Shown: positions 16,306 through 26,248 of the stretch, in pieces
Layout of the letters: each line of letters begins with the position of its first letter
How positions within the stretch are numbered: position 1 is the first letter of the stretch
From: Candidatus Woesearchaeota archaeon
Lineage (GTDB): Archaea; Nanobdellota; Nanobdellia; Woesearchaeales; GW2011-AR9
Assembly (NCBI GenBank): GCA_016179955.1
Contig: JACPCD010000006.1
Span: 1 to 47,259 of the forward strand
Direction: 5' to 3'
DNA length: 47,259 nt
Program-made: the position numbers and the translations under genes
The notes under the pieces: model-generated
What the model saw: the letters and a program-made list of their open reading frames with translations, nothing else
Told to the model about the DNA's origin: nothing
The model's database searches: none

Positions 16306-18012
16306 ATGATAGGTGTTGACGGTGATATCTTCATTCAGATAGGCCTGATCTTTATTATTGCGGCGTTGGCTGCTTTCCTGCTCCGGTTAATCAAGCAGCC
16401 GCAAATCTTAGCCTATGTCTTAGTGGGAGTACTCCTTACGCCCGTGCTGCATCTCGTCACCAACACCAGCATCATTGAATCCATGTCTATCGTAGGCATT
16501 GCTTTCTTGTTATTTATTGTGGGATTGGAGATGGACCTGAAAGCGCTGAAGCACGTCGCCTTTGTCTCCAGCGTTGGTGGCTTGATCCAAATTATCATCC
16601 TCTTTGTGCTTGGCTATCTAGTCGCTTTGCTCTTGGGCTTTCTCAGTCTGGAAGCATCGTACATCGGGCTGGTGCTTTCTTTTTCCTCTACCATGGTGGT
16701 GCTTAAACTCTTATCGGACAGACGCCAGCTGAATACGCTCCATGGGCGCATCGCCGTCGGTATATTGTTGATGGAAGATGTGGTAGCTATCTTTGCCCTC
16801 TCGGTGTTAAGTTCCATTAACGACTTCAGCCTGGCCCTGTTGGGAATCCAATTGTTAAAGTTCCTCTCGCTGTTCATCATTGCTTTTCTGCTGAGCAAGT
16901 ATGTCTTTCCCAGCGTCTTCCGTTTCTCAGCAAAACATCAGGAACTGCTGTTAATCATGTCGCTGGCAGTCTGTTTCCTCTTTGCCTTAGGATATTTTTA
17001 TTTGGGTTTTTCTATCGCCATTGGTGCCTTTGTTGCGGGCGTTGCGTTGGGAAACTTGGATTATAATCTCGAAATCATCGGGAAAGTGAAAAGTCTTCGG
17101 GATTTCTTTTCCCTCATCTTCTTTGTCTCGCTGGGCATGGGCCTCTCCCTAAGTGCTTTACAACGTCAGTGGGTGCCTTTGGTCGTCTTGATTCTGATTA
17201 TCATTCTCATCAAGCCGTTTATCACCATGACGCTCTGCTCCTTGTTCAAGTACACGCAAAAGCCAGCCTTTCTTACTGCCGTTTCTCTCGCCCAAGTAAG
17301 TGAATTCTCCTTGATCATTGCCACGCAAGGATTGCTCTTCGGGCACATCTCCCAGGAAACGTTTTCTTTAATTGTGATGGTTACGTTAGTGTCGATGTCT
17401 CTAACTCCTTACTTTGTTAATTATGGCCAGTGGTTCTACCGGATCCTGCGCCGGCCCTTGCGGATATTTGAGGTTTTTACCACGGAAGGACTGGAGTATT
17501 TGCCCATGGATGTTAAACCCACCATTGTTCTTTGCGGGTATAACCGGATTGGCTATAGTATCTTACGGAATTTACAGCATCTCAAGAAAAAAGTGTTAGT
17601 GGTTGATTATAATCCTGAGATTATTTCGCTGCTCGTTAATCAGGGATATCATTGCATCTATGGCGATGTCTCGGATGAAGAGATTATTGCGCGGATGAAT
17701 CTCCGTAATTTGGAACTGCTGATCTCTACTGTTCCAGATATGCCGGATAACCTGTTGTTGATTCGGAAAGTACGGCAAGTTAACAAGAAAGCGAATATCA
17801 TCGTAACTGCGTCGGAGATTGATGGAGCGCTGAAGCTGTATGAGCATGGCGCTGATTATGTCATCCTGCCGCACTTCTTGGGCGGGGAGCATGTCTCGCA
17901 TCTCATTGGCAAAGTGCGGGAGAAAAAAATAAAGCTGGGGGAAGAGAGAAAGCGCCACATTGATGACCTATACCAGCGCAAGCAGATTGGCCATGAGCAC
18001 CCCAAACATTAA
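16306..18012 (+). CDS. Kef-type cation:proton antiporter (CPA2) with C-terminal RCK/TrkA-N domain
   Basis: About 12 TM Na+/H+ exchanger-like core, followed by a Rossmann-type IVLCGYNRIGYSILRNL...VVDYN...GD segment. The start is chosen from the TATA position. Confidence 0.85.
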   Translation: MIGVDGDIFIQIGLIFIIAALAAFLLRLIKQPQILAYVLVGVLLTPVLHLVTNTSIIESMSIVGIAFLLFIVGLEMDLKALKHVAFVSSVGGLIQIIILFVLGYLVALLLGFLSLEASYIGLVLSFSSTMVVLKLLSDRRQLNTLHGRIAVGILLMEDVVAIFALSVLSSINDFSLALLGIQLLKFLSLFIIAFLLSKYVFPSVFRFSAKHQELLLIMSLAVCFLFALGYFYLGFSIAIGAFVAGVALGNLDYNLEIIGKVKSLRDFFSLIFFVSLGMGLSLSALQRQWVPLVVLILIIILIKPFITMTLCSLFKYTQKPAFLTAVSLAQVSEFSLIIATQGLLFGHISQETFSLIVMVTLVSMSLTPYFVNYGQWFYRILRRPLRIFEVFTTEGLEYLPMDVKPTIVLCGYNRIGYSILRNLQHLKKKVLVVDYNPEIISLLVNQGYHCIYGDVSDEEIIARMNLRNLELLISTVPDMPDNLLLIRKVRQVNKKANIIVTASEIDGALKLYEHGADYVILPHFLGGEHVSHLIGKVREKKIKLGEERKRHIDDLYQRKQIGHEHPKH

Positions 18013-18038
18013 TAAATCAACCTTCTTTTTGCAAGGCT

Positions 18039-18995
18039 ATGAATTTTGAAAAAATCCCCCCCGTTCCTTCGGCAGATTTTTTGCTAGATTTAGCCTTCCG
18101 CCAGGCCCGAGAACAAGTTGCTGGACGTCGACTTTCCGGAGATAGAAAGAAAGCGCTGCTCAGCAAGGAGCGGAGCAAGCTGGACAGCATTAAAGATATA
18201 CTTATCACCCGATTAGGCCATATTCTGGAAACTTTTCCCAAAGAAGTGGAACTGCCGTCGTTTTACCCCAAGCTCTTCCATCTTACGCTGGACTATCCCC
18301 AATTTAAGAAATCTTTTGGGGCGGTGCATTGGGCTATTGGGAAAGTGCGTTCGTTGCACCAAGAGTACGGCAAGAAACTGCAGCGGGCAGCGGGATGGCC
18401 GGAATTGCGGGATATGTCTAAGCAATTCTATGGCCGGTTATCCTCGGTCATCAAGCAGATCAGCCAGAATCTCTCGTACTTGGAACAGTGCCGGCAGATC
18501 ATGCGCATGTATCCGGACATTAAAGAGATGTTTACGGTCTGCATTTACGGCTTTCCCAATGTCGGGAAAACCACGCTGCTCAATACATTAACCGGGACCA
18601 AAGCGAAAGTCGCAGCGTACTCTTTTACGACCAAGAGCATCAATGTTGGCTATTGTACTCTGGAGGGCATAAAAATTCAAATCATTGACGTGCCGGGAAC
18701 CTTGAACCGTCCTGACAAGATGAATCTCATCGAGCAGCAGGCCGAGTTGGTGCGGACGGACTTGGCGAAAGTGATAGTGTATGTCTTTGATGCGAGCGGC
18801 GAAAGTGGATATTCGCTGGAGCAGCAGGAGCAGTTGCTGCAGAAAATTACTGGGCCAGCGCCCGTGTTGACGTACCTTAGTAAGACCGATATTACTCCTC
18901 GTTCTGCACTCCAAAATTTCCCACATTCATTTTGCAGTTATTCCCACCTTACGGCAGAGATACGTAAGTGCGCTAAGGCAAAATTATCGGATTAA
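18039..18995 (+). CDS. NOG1-family GTP-binding protein (COG1084)
   Basis: NOG1-like N-terminal helical domain (IPPVPSADFLLDLAF...), G1 GFPNVGKTTLLN, G3 DVPG. Confidence 0.85.
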   Translation: MNFEKIPPVPSADFLLDLAFRQAREQVAGRRLSGDRKKALLSKERSKLDSIKDILITRLGHILETFPKEVELPSFYPKLFHLTLDYPQFKKSFGAVHWAIGKVRSLHQEYGKKLQRAAGWPELRDMSKQFYGRLSSVIKQISQNLSYLEQCRQIMRMYPDIKEMFTVCIYGFPNVGKTTLLNTLTGTKAKVAAYSFTTKSINVGYCTLEGIKIQIIDVPGTLNRPDKMNLIEQQAELVRTDLAKVIVYVFDASGESGYSLEQQEQLLQKITGPAPVLTYLSKTDITPRSALQNFPHSFCSYSHLTAEIRKCAKAKLSD

Positions 18996-19105
18996 TCCTG
19001 CATTTCATTTTGGTCTCAATATTATAGGATCATCAAATCTATCTTCTCTAACAGTACCACCAGATACTATAAAAATTTATAAGTCTCTTTCTTTCGTTAC
19101 TTTCC

Positions 19106-20206
19106 ATGCCCGTATCAGAATTCTACCAACGGCTGGAACACGCAGTGGAAAAGTATGGGGGCTTAGTGAATGCCCATCTGCACCTGGACCGTTCGGGAAC
19201 ACTCGATCCCCGCTACCTTAGCCACGTGAGCATGGATCCACTGCAAGCCTCGGCCTATCCACTGCGGGTAAAACAAAATCTGACGGGTGATCTTCATCGC
19301 GGGCCGGCTTATGATCCGGATGACCTGCGTCTCAGGATACGCCAACGCTTAGAAGAAATGGTTTCCGTCGGCACCAAGACTGCTTATTCTTTTATCGATG
19401 TTTCGGATGATAGGGTCGGATTAAGCGCGTTTGAGGTTGCGCTGCAGTTAAAAGCAGAAATGCACGATCGAATAGATTTTCAAGTTGGGGCGTATCCCAT
19501 CTTTGGATTTAAAGATACCAAGTCACGGCGCTGGGAATTATTTGTGGAAGCTGCCCGGCAGGCAGATTTTTTAGGTACGCTGCCGGAGCGTGATGATCAA
19601 GCATATCATCCGAGCCATATAGGGTATGATGAGCACGTGAAACGAACCTTGCGCTTAGCCCATGAACTGCAGAAGCCCATTCATTACCATCTGGATCAAG
19701 CTAACGATCCGCGAGAGAAGGGAACGGAAACCATTCTCAAAGCCGTGCGCTGGCTGGGGAGTCCAAAAGTGGAAGGGATTACTGGGCCTACTGTCTGGGG
19801 TGTGCATGTAATCTCCCCTTCAGCGTATGATGAGTCGCAGTTTGAGCACTTGCTGGAGAGCATACGTGCGTACAATATCGGCGTAGTGTGCTGTCCTAGT
19901 GCAGCCATCTCCATGCGCCAGTCTCGGCCGTTGGTATCTCCGACGCATAATAGCATCGCCCGGGTACTTGACATGCTGGAATGCGGAATTCCCGTACGCC
20001 TGGGCTCGGATAATATTGCCGATGTGTTTCTGCCCAGCACCACCTCTAATTTGTATGATGAGGCTTTTATTTTCTCCAATGCGCTCCGCTTTTATAATGT
20101 GGATATTTTGGCCAAGCTGATGTGCGCTGCGCCATTAAACGACATGGATCGAGAAGTCATCCGCAGCCATCTGCAGCAGGATAAGGATGCATTTAAAGAT
20201 CTTTGA
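19106..20206 (+). CDS. metal-dependent amidohydrolase, cytosine-deaminase-like
   Basis: Pattern of VNAHLHLD (HxH), HYHLDQ, VHV and GSDNIAD (metal Asp). Confidence 0.65.
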   Translation: MPVSEFYQRLEHAVEKYGGLVNAHLHLDRSGTLDPRYLSHVSMDPLQASAYPLRVKQNLTGDLHRGPAYDPDDLRLRIRQRLEEMVSVGTKTAYSFIDVSDDRVGLSAFEVALQLKAEMHDRIDFQVGAYPIFGFKDTKSRRWELFVEAARQADFLGTLPERDDQAYHPSHIGYDEHVKRTLRLAHELQKPIHYHLDQANDPREKGTETILKAVRWLGSPKVEGITGPTVWGVHVISPSAYDESQFEHLLESIRAYNIGVVCCPSAAISMRQSRPLVSPTHNSIARVLDMLECGIPVRLGSDNIADVFLPSTTSNLYDEAFIFSNALRFYNVDILAKLMCAAPLNDMDREVIRSHLQQDKDAFKDL

Positions 20207-20735
20207 GCAGGGTCTGAAAGCGTTGTCTTCCTTCTTCCATTCGTTTCATTTTCTGATTGATGAGACTCACCAGAAATTCTTTTGACCCGGCAAAGAGGAA
20301 TTGGGAGTTATTGTACAACGGCATCTCCAGGAATTCGCTCCCCCGTATTTCCACCAGAATCTTATTGCTGGCGCTGAGCAGGCAGCTCTTTTTGTAGATG
20401 GTATGTGCCAAATCGACTAAGGACGTAGCACTTTCCAAATCCCGGCAGGCGATATGGAGAATGAATGGTTCCAGGCGCAGCCAGATAAGTCCCGGTTCCT
20501 TGATGTTGAGAAAATTTTCTTGGATTAGGTCATGGCTTACTTTAATCCATTCCGTCTGGTTCTTCTTTCCGGTTCCCTTCCAGAGATAAACTCTGCCGGC
20601 GCACGAGGACGTCGTGTAATAGTTTTTATGGGCATTGATAAAGTCTACCACCGGACGTATCTGTTCGTCGATGGTGCCTTTCTTGGACTTATCTTTTTTG
20701 GCCAGAAAGGTCTTTTTCTCGTTGGGGAAGGTCAT
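20193..20735 (-). CDS. taw3: tRNA wyosine-derivative methyltransferase Taw3/TYW3
   Basis: DKSKKGTIDEQIRPVVDFIN...YYTTSSCAGRV signature. Start MTFPNEKK at 20735. Confidence 0.8.
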   Translation of the reverse strand: MTFPNEKKTFLAKKDKSKKGTIDEQIRPVVDFINAHKNYYTTSSCAGRVYLWKGTGKKNQTEWIKVSHDLIQENFLNIKEPGLIWLRLEPFILHIACRDLESATSLVDLAHTIYKKSCLLSASNKILVEIRGSEFLEMPLYNNSQFLFAGSKEFLVSLINQKMKRMEEGRQRFQTLLKDL

Positions 20736-20778
20736 TTTTACGTCATGGAAGAGAAGGTTTAAATAAGTTGCTCTGGTT

Positions 20779-20830
20779 TTACCCCTACATTTATTCAAAA
20801 GATATAAAATTCACAAAAGTGTAGGGGTAA
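20779..20830. promoter_or_regulatory. 11-bp perfect inverted repeat bracketing the divergent taw3/trmI promoter
   Basis: TTACCCCTACA (20779-20789) pairs with TGTAGGGGTAA (20820-20830). The 30-nt spacer contains TATA-like TTTATT and GATATAAAA. Confidence 0.4.
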
Positions 20831-20847
20831 GATAATTAATATAAACC

Positions 20848-21600
20848 ATGAAACTCCTTATCGAACAGCAGAGCGGCAAGAAATATTTGGTAAGAGACAT
20901 TACAGAAGATTTCCATACCTTCTCCGGCGTAATTTCCTGCAAAGACCTGAAATCAAAGAAGAACCTGGTCGTTTCCAATACCGGCAAAAAGTTTTTACAG
21001 TTTACGCCAACTTTTCCCGACATCTGGGAGCAGCTGCAGCGGGGGCCGCAGGCGGTGTTGCAGAAAGATATCGGGTTAATCATTGCCAAGACCGGGATTA
21101 ATGGTTCTTCGGTGGTGGTTGATGCCGGCGGCGGTTCCGGTTCGTTATGCTTAGCGCTCGCTAATCTCGCCAAAAAAGTTATCGTCTATGAACGCAATCC
21201 AGAGCATTATAAATTGTTGGCACGAAATATAACACAGTCGGGGATAAAAAATATTGAGCTGCATCAAGAGAATATTTATGATGGCATTGCTGCGAAAGAA
21301 GTTGATATAATTACGTTGGATCTGCCAGAGCCCTGGAGAGCTATTCCTGCAGCGGAGAAAGTGCTGGTTCTTGGTGGCCATCTGGTGGTGTATCTTCCGA
21401 ACCTTACCCAAGTTCAAATATTTACGGATGCGGTCCGCAAGAGCAGTATTAAAATCGTGGAGACCATCGAGTTGCTGGAGCGGAAATGGAAAGTTGAAGG
21501 AGAAATATTACGGCCGGAATTTCAGATGCTGGGGCATACGGGATTCTTGACGTTTTGCAGAAAATTGCACGATGATACCTATAAAGATAAAAAGAATTGA
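20848..21600 (+). CDS. trmI: tRNA (adenine-N1)-methyltransferase TrmI (GCD14 family)
   Basis: VVDAGGGSGSL SAM motif, LDLPEPW, and an N-terminal beta domain. Confidence 0.85.
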   Translation: MKLLIEQQSGKKYLVRDITEDFHTFSGVISCKDLKSKKNLVVSNTGKKFLQFTPTFPDIWEQLQRGPQAVLQKDIGLIIAKTGINGSSVVVDAGGGSGSLCLALANLAKKVIVYERNPEHYKLLARNITQSGIKNIELHQENIYDGIAAKEVDIITLDLPEPWRAIPAAEKVLVLGGHLVVYLPNLTQVQIFTDAVRKSSIKIVETIELLERKWKVEGEILRPEFQMLGHTGFLTFCRKLHDDTYKDKKN

Positions 21601-22006
21601 CCAATCCCTGCCTCTTCCCCAGTATAAGACAAAAGGGGCGGTAGCGGTTGATCTTTATGTACGAAAAACAGTAACTATCAAACCCCGGGAAATCCAATAT
21701 ATCCCCCTGAATGTCATTGTAGAAGTTCCGGACCATTGCTGGGTGCTGATAGCGCCACGGAGTTCGACTCACAAATTAGGTATCATGCAGGCCAACAGCA
21801 TCGGCATTGGTGATAGGGATTTTTGTGGCGCGAATGATGAGTACCATTTTGCGGCGTTTAATTTTACTGATCAGAACATAGTGGTAGAACGTGGCATGCG
21901 CATTGCGCAAATGATGATTTTGCAGTTTCAGCCCGTGGTCTTTGAGGAAGTGGAAAGTTTGGAGAAAGAAAGCCGGGGCGGGTTTGGAAGTACGGGGCTG
22001 CATTGA
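21572..22006 (+). CDS. dut: dUTP diphosphatase
   Basis: GAVAVDLY, APRSS, IGDRDF and the C-terminal RGGFGSTG motif. Overlaps trmI by 29 nt. Confidence 0.85.
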   Translation: MIPIKIKRIDQSLPLPQYKTKGAVAVDLYVRKTVTIKPREIQYIPLNVIVEVPDHCWVLIAPRSSTHKLGIMQANSIGIGDRDFCGANDEYHFAAFNFTDQNIVVERGMRIAQMMILQFQPVVFEEVESLEKESRGGFGSTGLH

Positions 22007-22064
22007 CATTGTAATTACTCATAAATAACAAAAAGTTTATAAAGTGGGATTTTCTTCTCTGGCT

Positions 22065-22607
22065 ATGGAAAGAAGAATATTAGAGCCCGAACAGATTATC
22101 GCCTCAGAGTATGATGTAGGAAATGAATCTATCTTAAAAATTTATTTCAGAATATTTGATAAAGGACACGGCTCCGACTTGCCACCCCCTATTGTCATAA
22201 GAAAAGATTTAGTTACGGGGAGGGCTTTGGAATTATTTTCAGAGGACCAAAGTGATGCTCAAAGACTTTATTCCGAACTAAGACAGCCAGGAGCTGATTA
22301 TTTCTTGATAGATGGCAATCATCGGGCGGTGGCGGCTGCTCTCTGCCATGTTGCACCAAATGTATTGGAATTAGAAACGGATCAAGATCTAAATGAAGTA
22401 AGAAAAATGGTGGAAGGGGGCGGATTATTTGATTTTCCTCATACAGAAAGAAGACTCTCTTCAATTGCGGATGAATTCGTTCGATTTTTATTTCGAAGAC
22501 GCTCCAGTAATTATTTTGGAACCTTACAGGAAAGAATTGATGCTTTAATCTCTAATGGAGACCTGCCACGATATATGACTCAAAAATATCTAAAAGAAAA
22601 ATATTAA
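22065..22607 (+). CDS. ParB/sulfiredoxin-fold (ParB N-terminal-like) domain protein
   Basis: LPPPIVIR ... YFLIDGNHRAVAAAL (DGxHR motif). TATA TTTATAAA at 22037-22044 supports the leaderless ATG at 22065. Confidence 0.5.
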   Translation: MERRILEPEQIIASEYDVGNESILKIYFRIFDKGHGSDLPPPIVIRKDLVTGRALELFSEDQSDAQRLYSELRQPGADYFLIDGNHRAVAAALCHVAPNVLELETDQDLNEVRKMVEGGGLFDFPHTERRLSSIADEFVRFLFRRRSSNYFGTLQERIDALISNGDLPRYMTQKYLKEKY

Positions 22608-22622
22608 ATCTCTCCACTAAAA

Positions 22623-24095
22623 CTATTGTATCTTATACCCTTTATCATGATAGACAAAGTTTTTGGCTAAATTCAACTTGAATCCACTCTCGGCGTAAAT
22701 CGTATACAATAAATCTCCCCGCTGCACCGGGTCATGCACCTTCTTGGCTAAACGAAGACCCGCTCCTTTATCAAAAGGCGCACCGGCAATGCGGGCAATC
22801 TTGGCAATACTTTCATTGTTTATCTCATGAACCCTGCCTATCTTCCCGGAGCGGACCGCCCAGGTGCATCTTCCTCTTTGGGGCATGGTTCTCGGACCTT
22901 GAGCCTGAATTATTTTCTTCATCTGCCGCCAGGCCTGACCGCTTTCTAATATCTCAGTGGCTGCTTTCAGCCCATTGCGGTACCCCCCACCCATTTCGAG
23001 TAAGAGACCTGCTAACATCAATGATTTCTTACGCAGGTCTGCCGGCGCTTCTGGTTTATTCTGCAATATGGCCAGCACATCTTCCGCTTCCAATAACGGC
23101 CCAATGCCATTGCCAATAGGCTGGGATCCATCAGTAATGATGACGCGGATGTTCATCCCCAGCTTTTTCCCTATGCCTTCAAACTTGGTGCGGAGATGCT
23201 TTGCTTTTTTCCAGGTATTGGCTTTGGTGCTTTTTCCCATGGGGATGTCAATCAAGATATGGCTGGCACTCACTGATAATTTTTTAGCCAATACTGACGC
23301 TAGCAGTTGCCCCTCGGCATCAATGGACAGGGGCTGTTCCACTTCAATTATCTTGTCATCTGCGGGCGCCAAGTTCATGCTGCCTCCGTGGACGATGCAG
23401 GCATGTGTCTTCCGGACGATACTCTTTATTTTTTCTTCCGGAAGCTCAACGTTGGCGAGGCATTCCATGGTATCGGCGGTTCCAGCAGGGGACGTAATGG
23501 CCCGGGAACTGGTTTTGGGAATGGTTAGACCAGCAGCAGCCACGATGGGAATGACAATCATCGTTGTTCTATTCCCGGGAATTCCTCCAATGCAGTGCTT
23601 GTCTAAAGTAGTGCTGGCAAATTTTATCTTTTTTCCAGTCTCCACCATCGCCCGGGTTAAATCTACAGTCTCTTCAATGCTTAGGCCGTGGGTAAAACTT
23701 GCGGCCACAAAGTATGTTTTTTCAATGTCCGTGAGGCGGTCATTGGTGATGTCGTCAACGATATGATACAGCTCTTGGTAGTGGAGACGCTTTCCGAACA
23801 GCTTGTCACGGATGTGGGTTACTGATTCCGGCTTTCCGGTAAATTTGATGTTGACGATGCTGCCGTTTCGTACCTGCAATCGGTCCAGGACTTCCTCGAA
23901 TAAGCCGATAGAGCCCTCCGGCACTGCTTTCCGGCTTTCCGAGAGGTCTAAGATGCAGGTGATTTCTTTATTATGATCCTTGACCAGAATGCGGTCGCCG
24001 GAATGAAGGTCCAGCTTTTTGGCATCGTTTTCATTGAGAATAGCAACCAGCGTGCCGCCGGTGGCGATGTCCATGTCTTTGACTTTGAATTTCAT
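22623..24095 (-). CDS. deoA: AMP phosphorylase (archaeal thymidine-phosphorylase family)
   Basis: N-terminal extension MKFKVKDMDIATGG typical of archaeal AMPpase, then DKHCIGGIPGNRTT, a TSSRAITSPAGTAD-like pattern, and a C-terminal alpha/beta domain. Confidence 0.85.
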   Translation of the reverse strand: MKFKVKDMDIATGGTLVAILNENDAKKLDLHSGDRILVKDHNKEITCILDLSESRKAVPEGSIGLFEEVLDRLQVRNGSIVNIKFTGKPESVTHIRDKLFGKRLHYQELYHIVDDITNDRLTDIEKTYFVAASFTHGLSIEETVDLTRAMVETGKKIKFASTTLDKHCIGGIPGNRTTMIVIPIVAAAGLTIPKTSSRAITSPAGTADTMECLANVELPEEKIKSIVRKTHACIVHGGSMNLAPADDKIIEVEQPLSIDAEGQLLASVLAKKLSVSASHILIDIPMGKSTKANTWKKAKHLRTKFEGIGKKLGMNIRVIITDGSQPIGNGIGPLLEAEDVLAILQNKPEAPADLRKKSLMLAGLLLEMGGGYRNGLKAATEILESGQAWRQMKKIIQAQGPRTMPQRGRCTWAVRSGKIGRVHEINNESIAKIARIAGAPFDKGAGLRLAKKVHDPVQRGDLLYTIYAESGFKLNLAKNFVYHDKGYKIQ

Positions 24096-24422
24096 CTGAG
24101 CCTCTTTTTGAAGAGATAAATGAATATGGTTTATTAAGTTTTGGGAAAAGATATGGTTGGTTTAATCTCAAAATTAGTTTTGGGGTGATAAAAGTTCCGT
24201 GATTATGTTTATTCATCATAACCGCCTGCGCTTATTTTGATCTGATCTTGAAGGAAGTTCTCCCAGTTTCCAGAGGTGATCAAATGTGGATAGATTATCT
24301 AATTGAAAAAGTAGCTTGATGGAAACCGTGAAAAGGATTGATTCCATGCTGTTAACCTACAGTTAGGACAGAGCCAGTCTTGCGGGGAAATATTTAAATA
24401 ACTCCTGGATCATCGTCTCAGT

Positions 24423-25115
24423 ATGGCAGAGGAAGCGGAAATTAAATCATATATCCAGCAGTATTATTCTGAAGGTGATTCCTGGCGGGAAGGATTCGCT
24501 GATACCAAAGGGATGTCTTTTACCTCTAGGATTATTAATTATTTAAAAAAAAGTGAATTCAAGTTGGTTTTTCAATTGTTAAAGAAATACCCTTATACGG
24601 GAACCTTCGTGGATGCCGGTTGCGGCAATGGCCTTTATAGTCTAGAATTAGCCCGAGAATATCCTGCAGCTTCTATTCAGGCGGTGGACTTTAGTCCGTT
24701 AATGTGCACCATTGTCCGAAAAAAAGCAGCAGCAGCCGGAGTAAGAAATATTACTGTTGTTCAGGGTGATATTGATCATTTGCCATTTCCTGAAAATTCC
24801 GTTAATGTTCTGTTATGTATTGATGCTCTGCATCATGTGCCAGATAGTGCCATCATGAAGACCTTAGCTGAATTACAGCGCGTTTTGAAGCACGGTGGCT
24901 TATTATTAATTGACTTTAAAAATAGGTACAACCTTTATGTTTATTATTCCCATAAAAAAAGAAATAGGGTTACCTATTATCGGGTAAATAGGACTTTACC
25001 GCAGGTTAAAAAGCAATTACGGCGGGCTGGATTTTCTTTCCTGAAAGCAAAAGGCGTGGGATTTCCGGGAACAGTGTTAGCGCCGTATGTGGTGGTGGCG
25101 GCTAAAAAATTATAA
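24423..25115 (+). CDS. class I SAM-dependent methyltransferase
   Basis: FVDAGCGNGLYS motif I, AVDFS and a Methyltransf_11-like layout. Confidence 0.8.
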   Translation: MAEEAEIKSYIQQYYSEGDSWREGFADTKGMSFTSRIINYLKKSEFKLVFQLLKKYPYTGTFVDAGCGNGLYSLELAREYPAASIQAVDFSPLMCTIVRKKAAAAGVRNITVVQGDIDHLPFPENSVNVLLCIDALHHVPDSAIMKTLAELQRVLKHGGLLLIDFKNRYNLYVYYSHKKRNRVTYYRVNRTLPQVKKQLRRAGFSFLKAKGVGFPGTVLAPYVVVAAKKL

Positions 25116-25190
25116 AGATCCTTGCTATCACGTATTAACAATGCTAAATGTCCCCTATTATATTTTTTACATTCGCTTCGAAGAAGAATT

Positions 25191-25919
25191 TTACTTTCCA
25201 TAATGGATGATTCCGTCTTTATTTTCTCCCCTTGTTTTTAAGAATTCCTCAATCTTTAGAATATCCTCTAAGCACCCCAAATCCAGCCAATAATCGTGTA
25301 AGCGGAGAACTTTGACTTTATGCTCTTGAGCTAAAAGACAGATGGCATCGGTAAGCTCATACTCGCCCCGGAGAGAAAGCCCAAGATTTTCTACCGCGGG
25401 CCAAATATCATAAGTGCATTTATACAGACCAACATTAATCATCTTCCCCACGAAATCTATGGGCTTTTCAACTATTTTGACTAAGTGATGGTCTTTGGAG
25501 ATTACTAACACCCCATACTTCTGCCAATCTTCCACTTCTTTTCCTATAACATAACAAAATCTATCTTTTTGTTGCACTGCCTTCAGGTCTTCCACCGAAT
25601 ATAAATTGTCCCCGTTCATGACTATAAAGTCATCCCGGTCGCAAAAAGATTTTGCCTGCCGAAGAGCATCTCCAGTGCCTTTTGCTTCCGGCTGGGTGAT
25701 CAAAGTTATTTTAAGTTTATGGGTCCGGATATACTCTGCTATCTTTTCTTTTTTGTAACCTACTACTATCCCTAGTTCCGTTATGCCCGCTTTTTTGAGA
25801 TTCTCCAGCAGGTAATATAAAAAAGGCTTGCCGTTGATTTCAATAAGTATCTTGGGCTTGTCTTTCGTCAAAGGAAGCATCCTTATCCCTTTCCCCGCGG
25901 CTAAAATGACGGCTTTCAT
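25191..25919 (-). CDS. sugar-1-phosphate nucleotidyltransferase
   Basis: MKAVILAAGKGIRMLPLTKDKPK signature. No LbH acetyltransferase domain is attached. Confidence 0.8.
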   Translation of the reverse strand: MKAVILAAGKGIRMLPLTKDKPKILIEINGKPFLYYLLENLKKAGITELGIVVGYKKEKIAEYIRTHKLKITLITQPEAKGTGDALRQAKSFCDRDDFIVMNGDNLYSVEDLKAVQQKDRFCYVIGKEVEDWQKYGVLVISKDHHLVKIVEKPIDFVGKMINVGLYKCTYDIWPAVENLGLSLRGEYELTDAICLLAQEHKVKVLRLHDYWLDLGCLEDILKIEEFLKTRGENKDGIIHYGK

Positions 25920-26248
25920 AGATCCATCCTAAATTCTTTCCCGTAATCTTTAAATCCTAACTTCCCATACCAGGCATGAACCAACGGCCGAGAATGCCGG
26001 CTGGTGCAAATTAATTTGTAACATTTCTTTTCCTTGGCCGCCATTATCACTTGATGTACTAACTCTGTTCCCAATCCTTGCTTCCGATACGTTTCCTCGA
26101 CAAACACATCTTCCAGTAGCCCAAATGGTTCTTGGTGAAGATCGTTGTACATCAAAAAAAGGTACGCTCGGGCTATTTCTTTCCCTTCCCGGGACAGAGA
26201 GAAACGTAACCCTTCTGCTTTTGCTTTAATAACATCCATCATAACCAC
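25916..26248 (-). CDS. small GNAT-family N-acetyltransferase
   Basis: The motif A pattern RKQGLGTELV and the C-terminal YGKLGF are present. Its ATGA start overlaps the next gene, and it overlaps the glmM stop. Confidence 0.75.
   Translation of the reverse strand: MVMMDVIKAKAEGLRFSLSREGKEIARAYLFLMYNDLHQEPFGLLEDVFVEETYRKQGLGTELVHQVIMAAKEKKCYKLICTSRHSRPLVHAWYGKLGFKDYGKEFRMDL

Noticed and set aside
22957-23766. 269-aa ORF on the + strand
   Set aside because: It is antisense to the strongly supported AMP phosphorylase gene and its composition is Ser/Pro/Met-rich without motifs. This is a typical shadow ORF. The same reasoning applies to 5426-5809, 12302-12763, 34278-34772, 35535-35945, 43472-43996, 1401-1829, 7349-7697 and 42575-42997.
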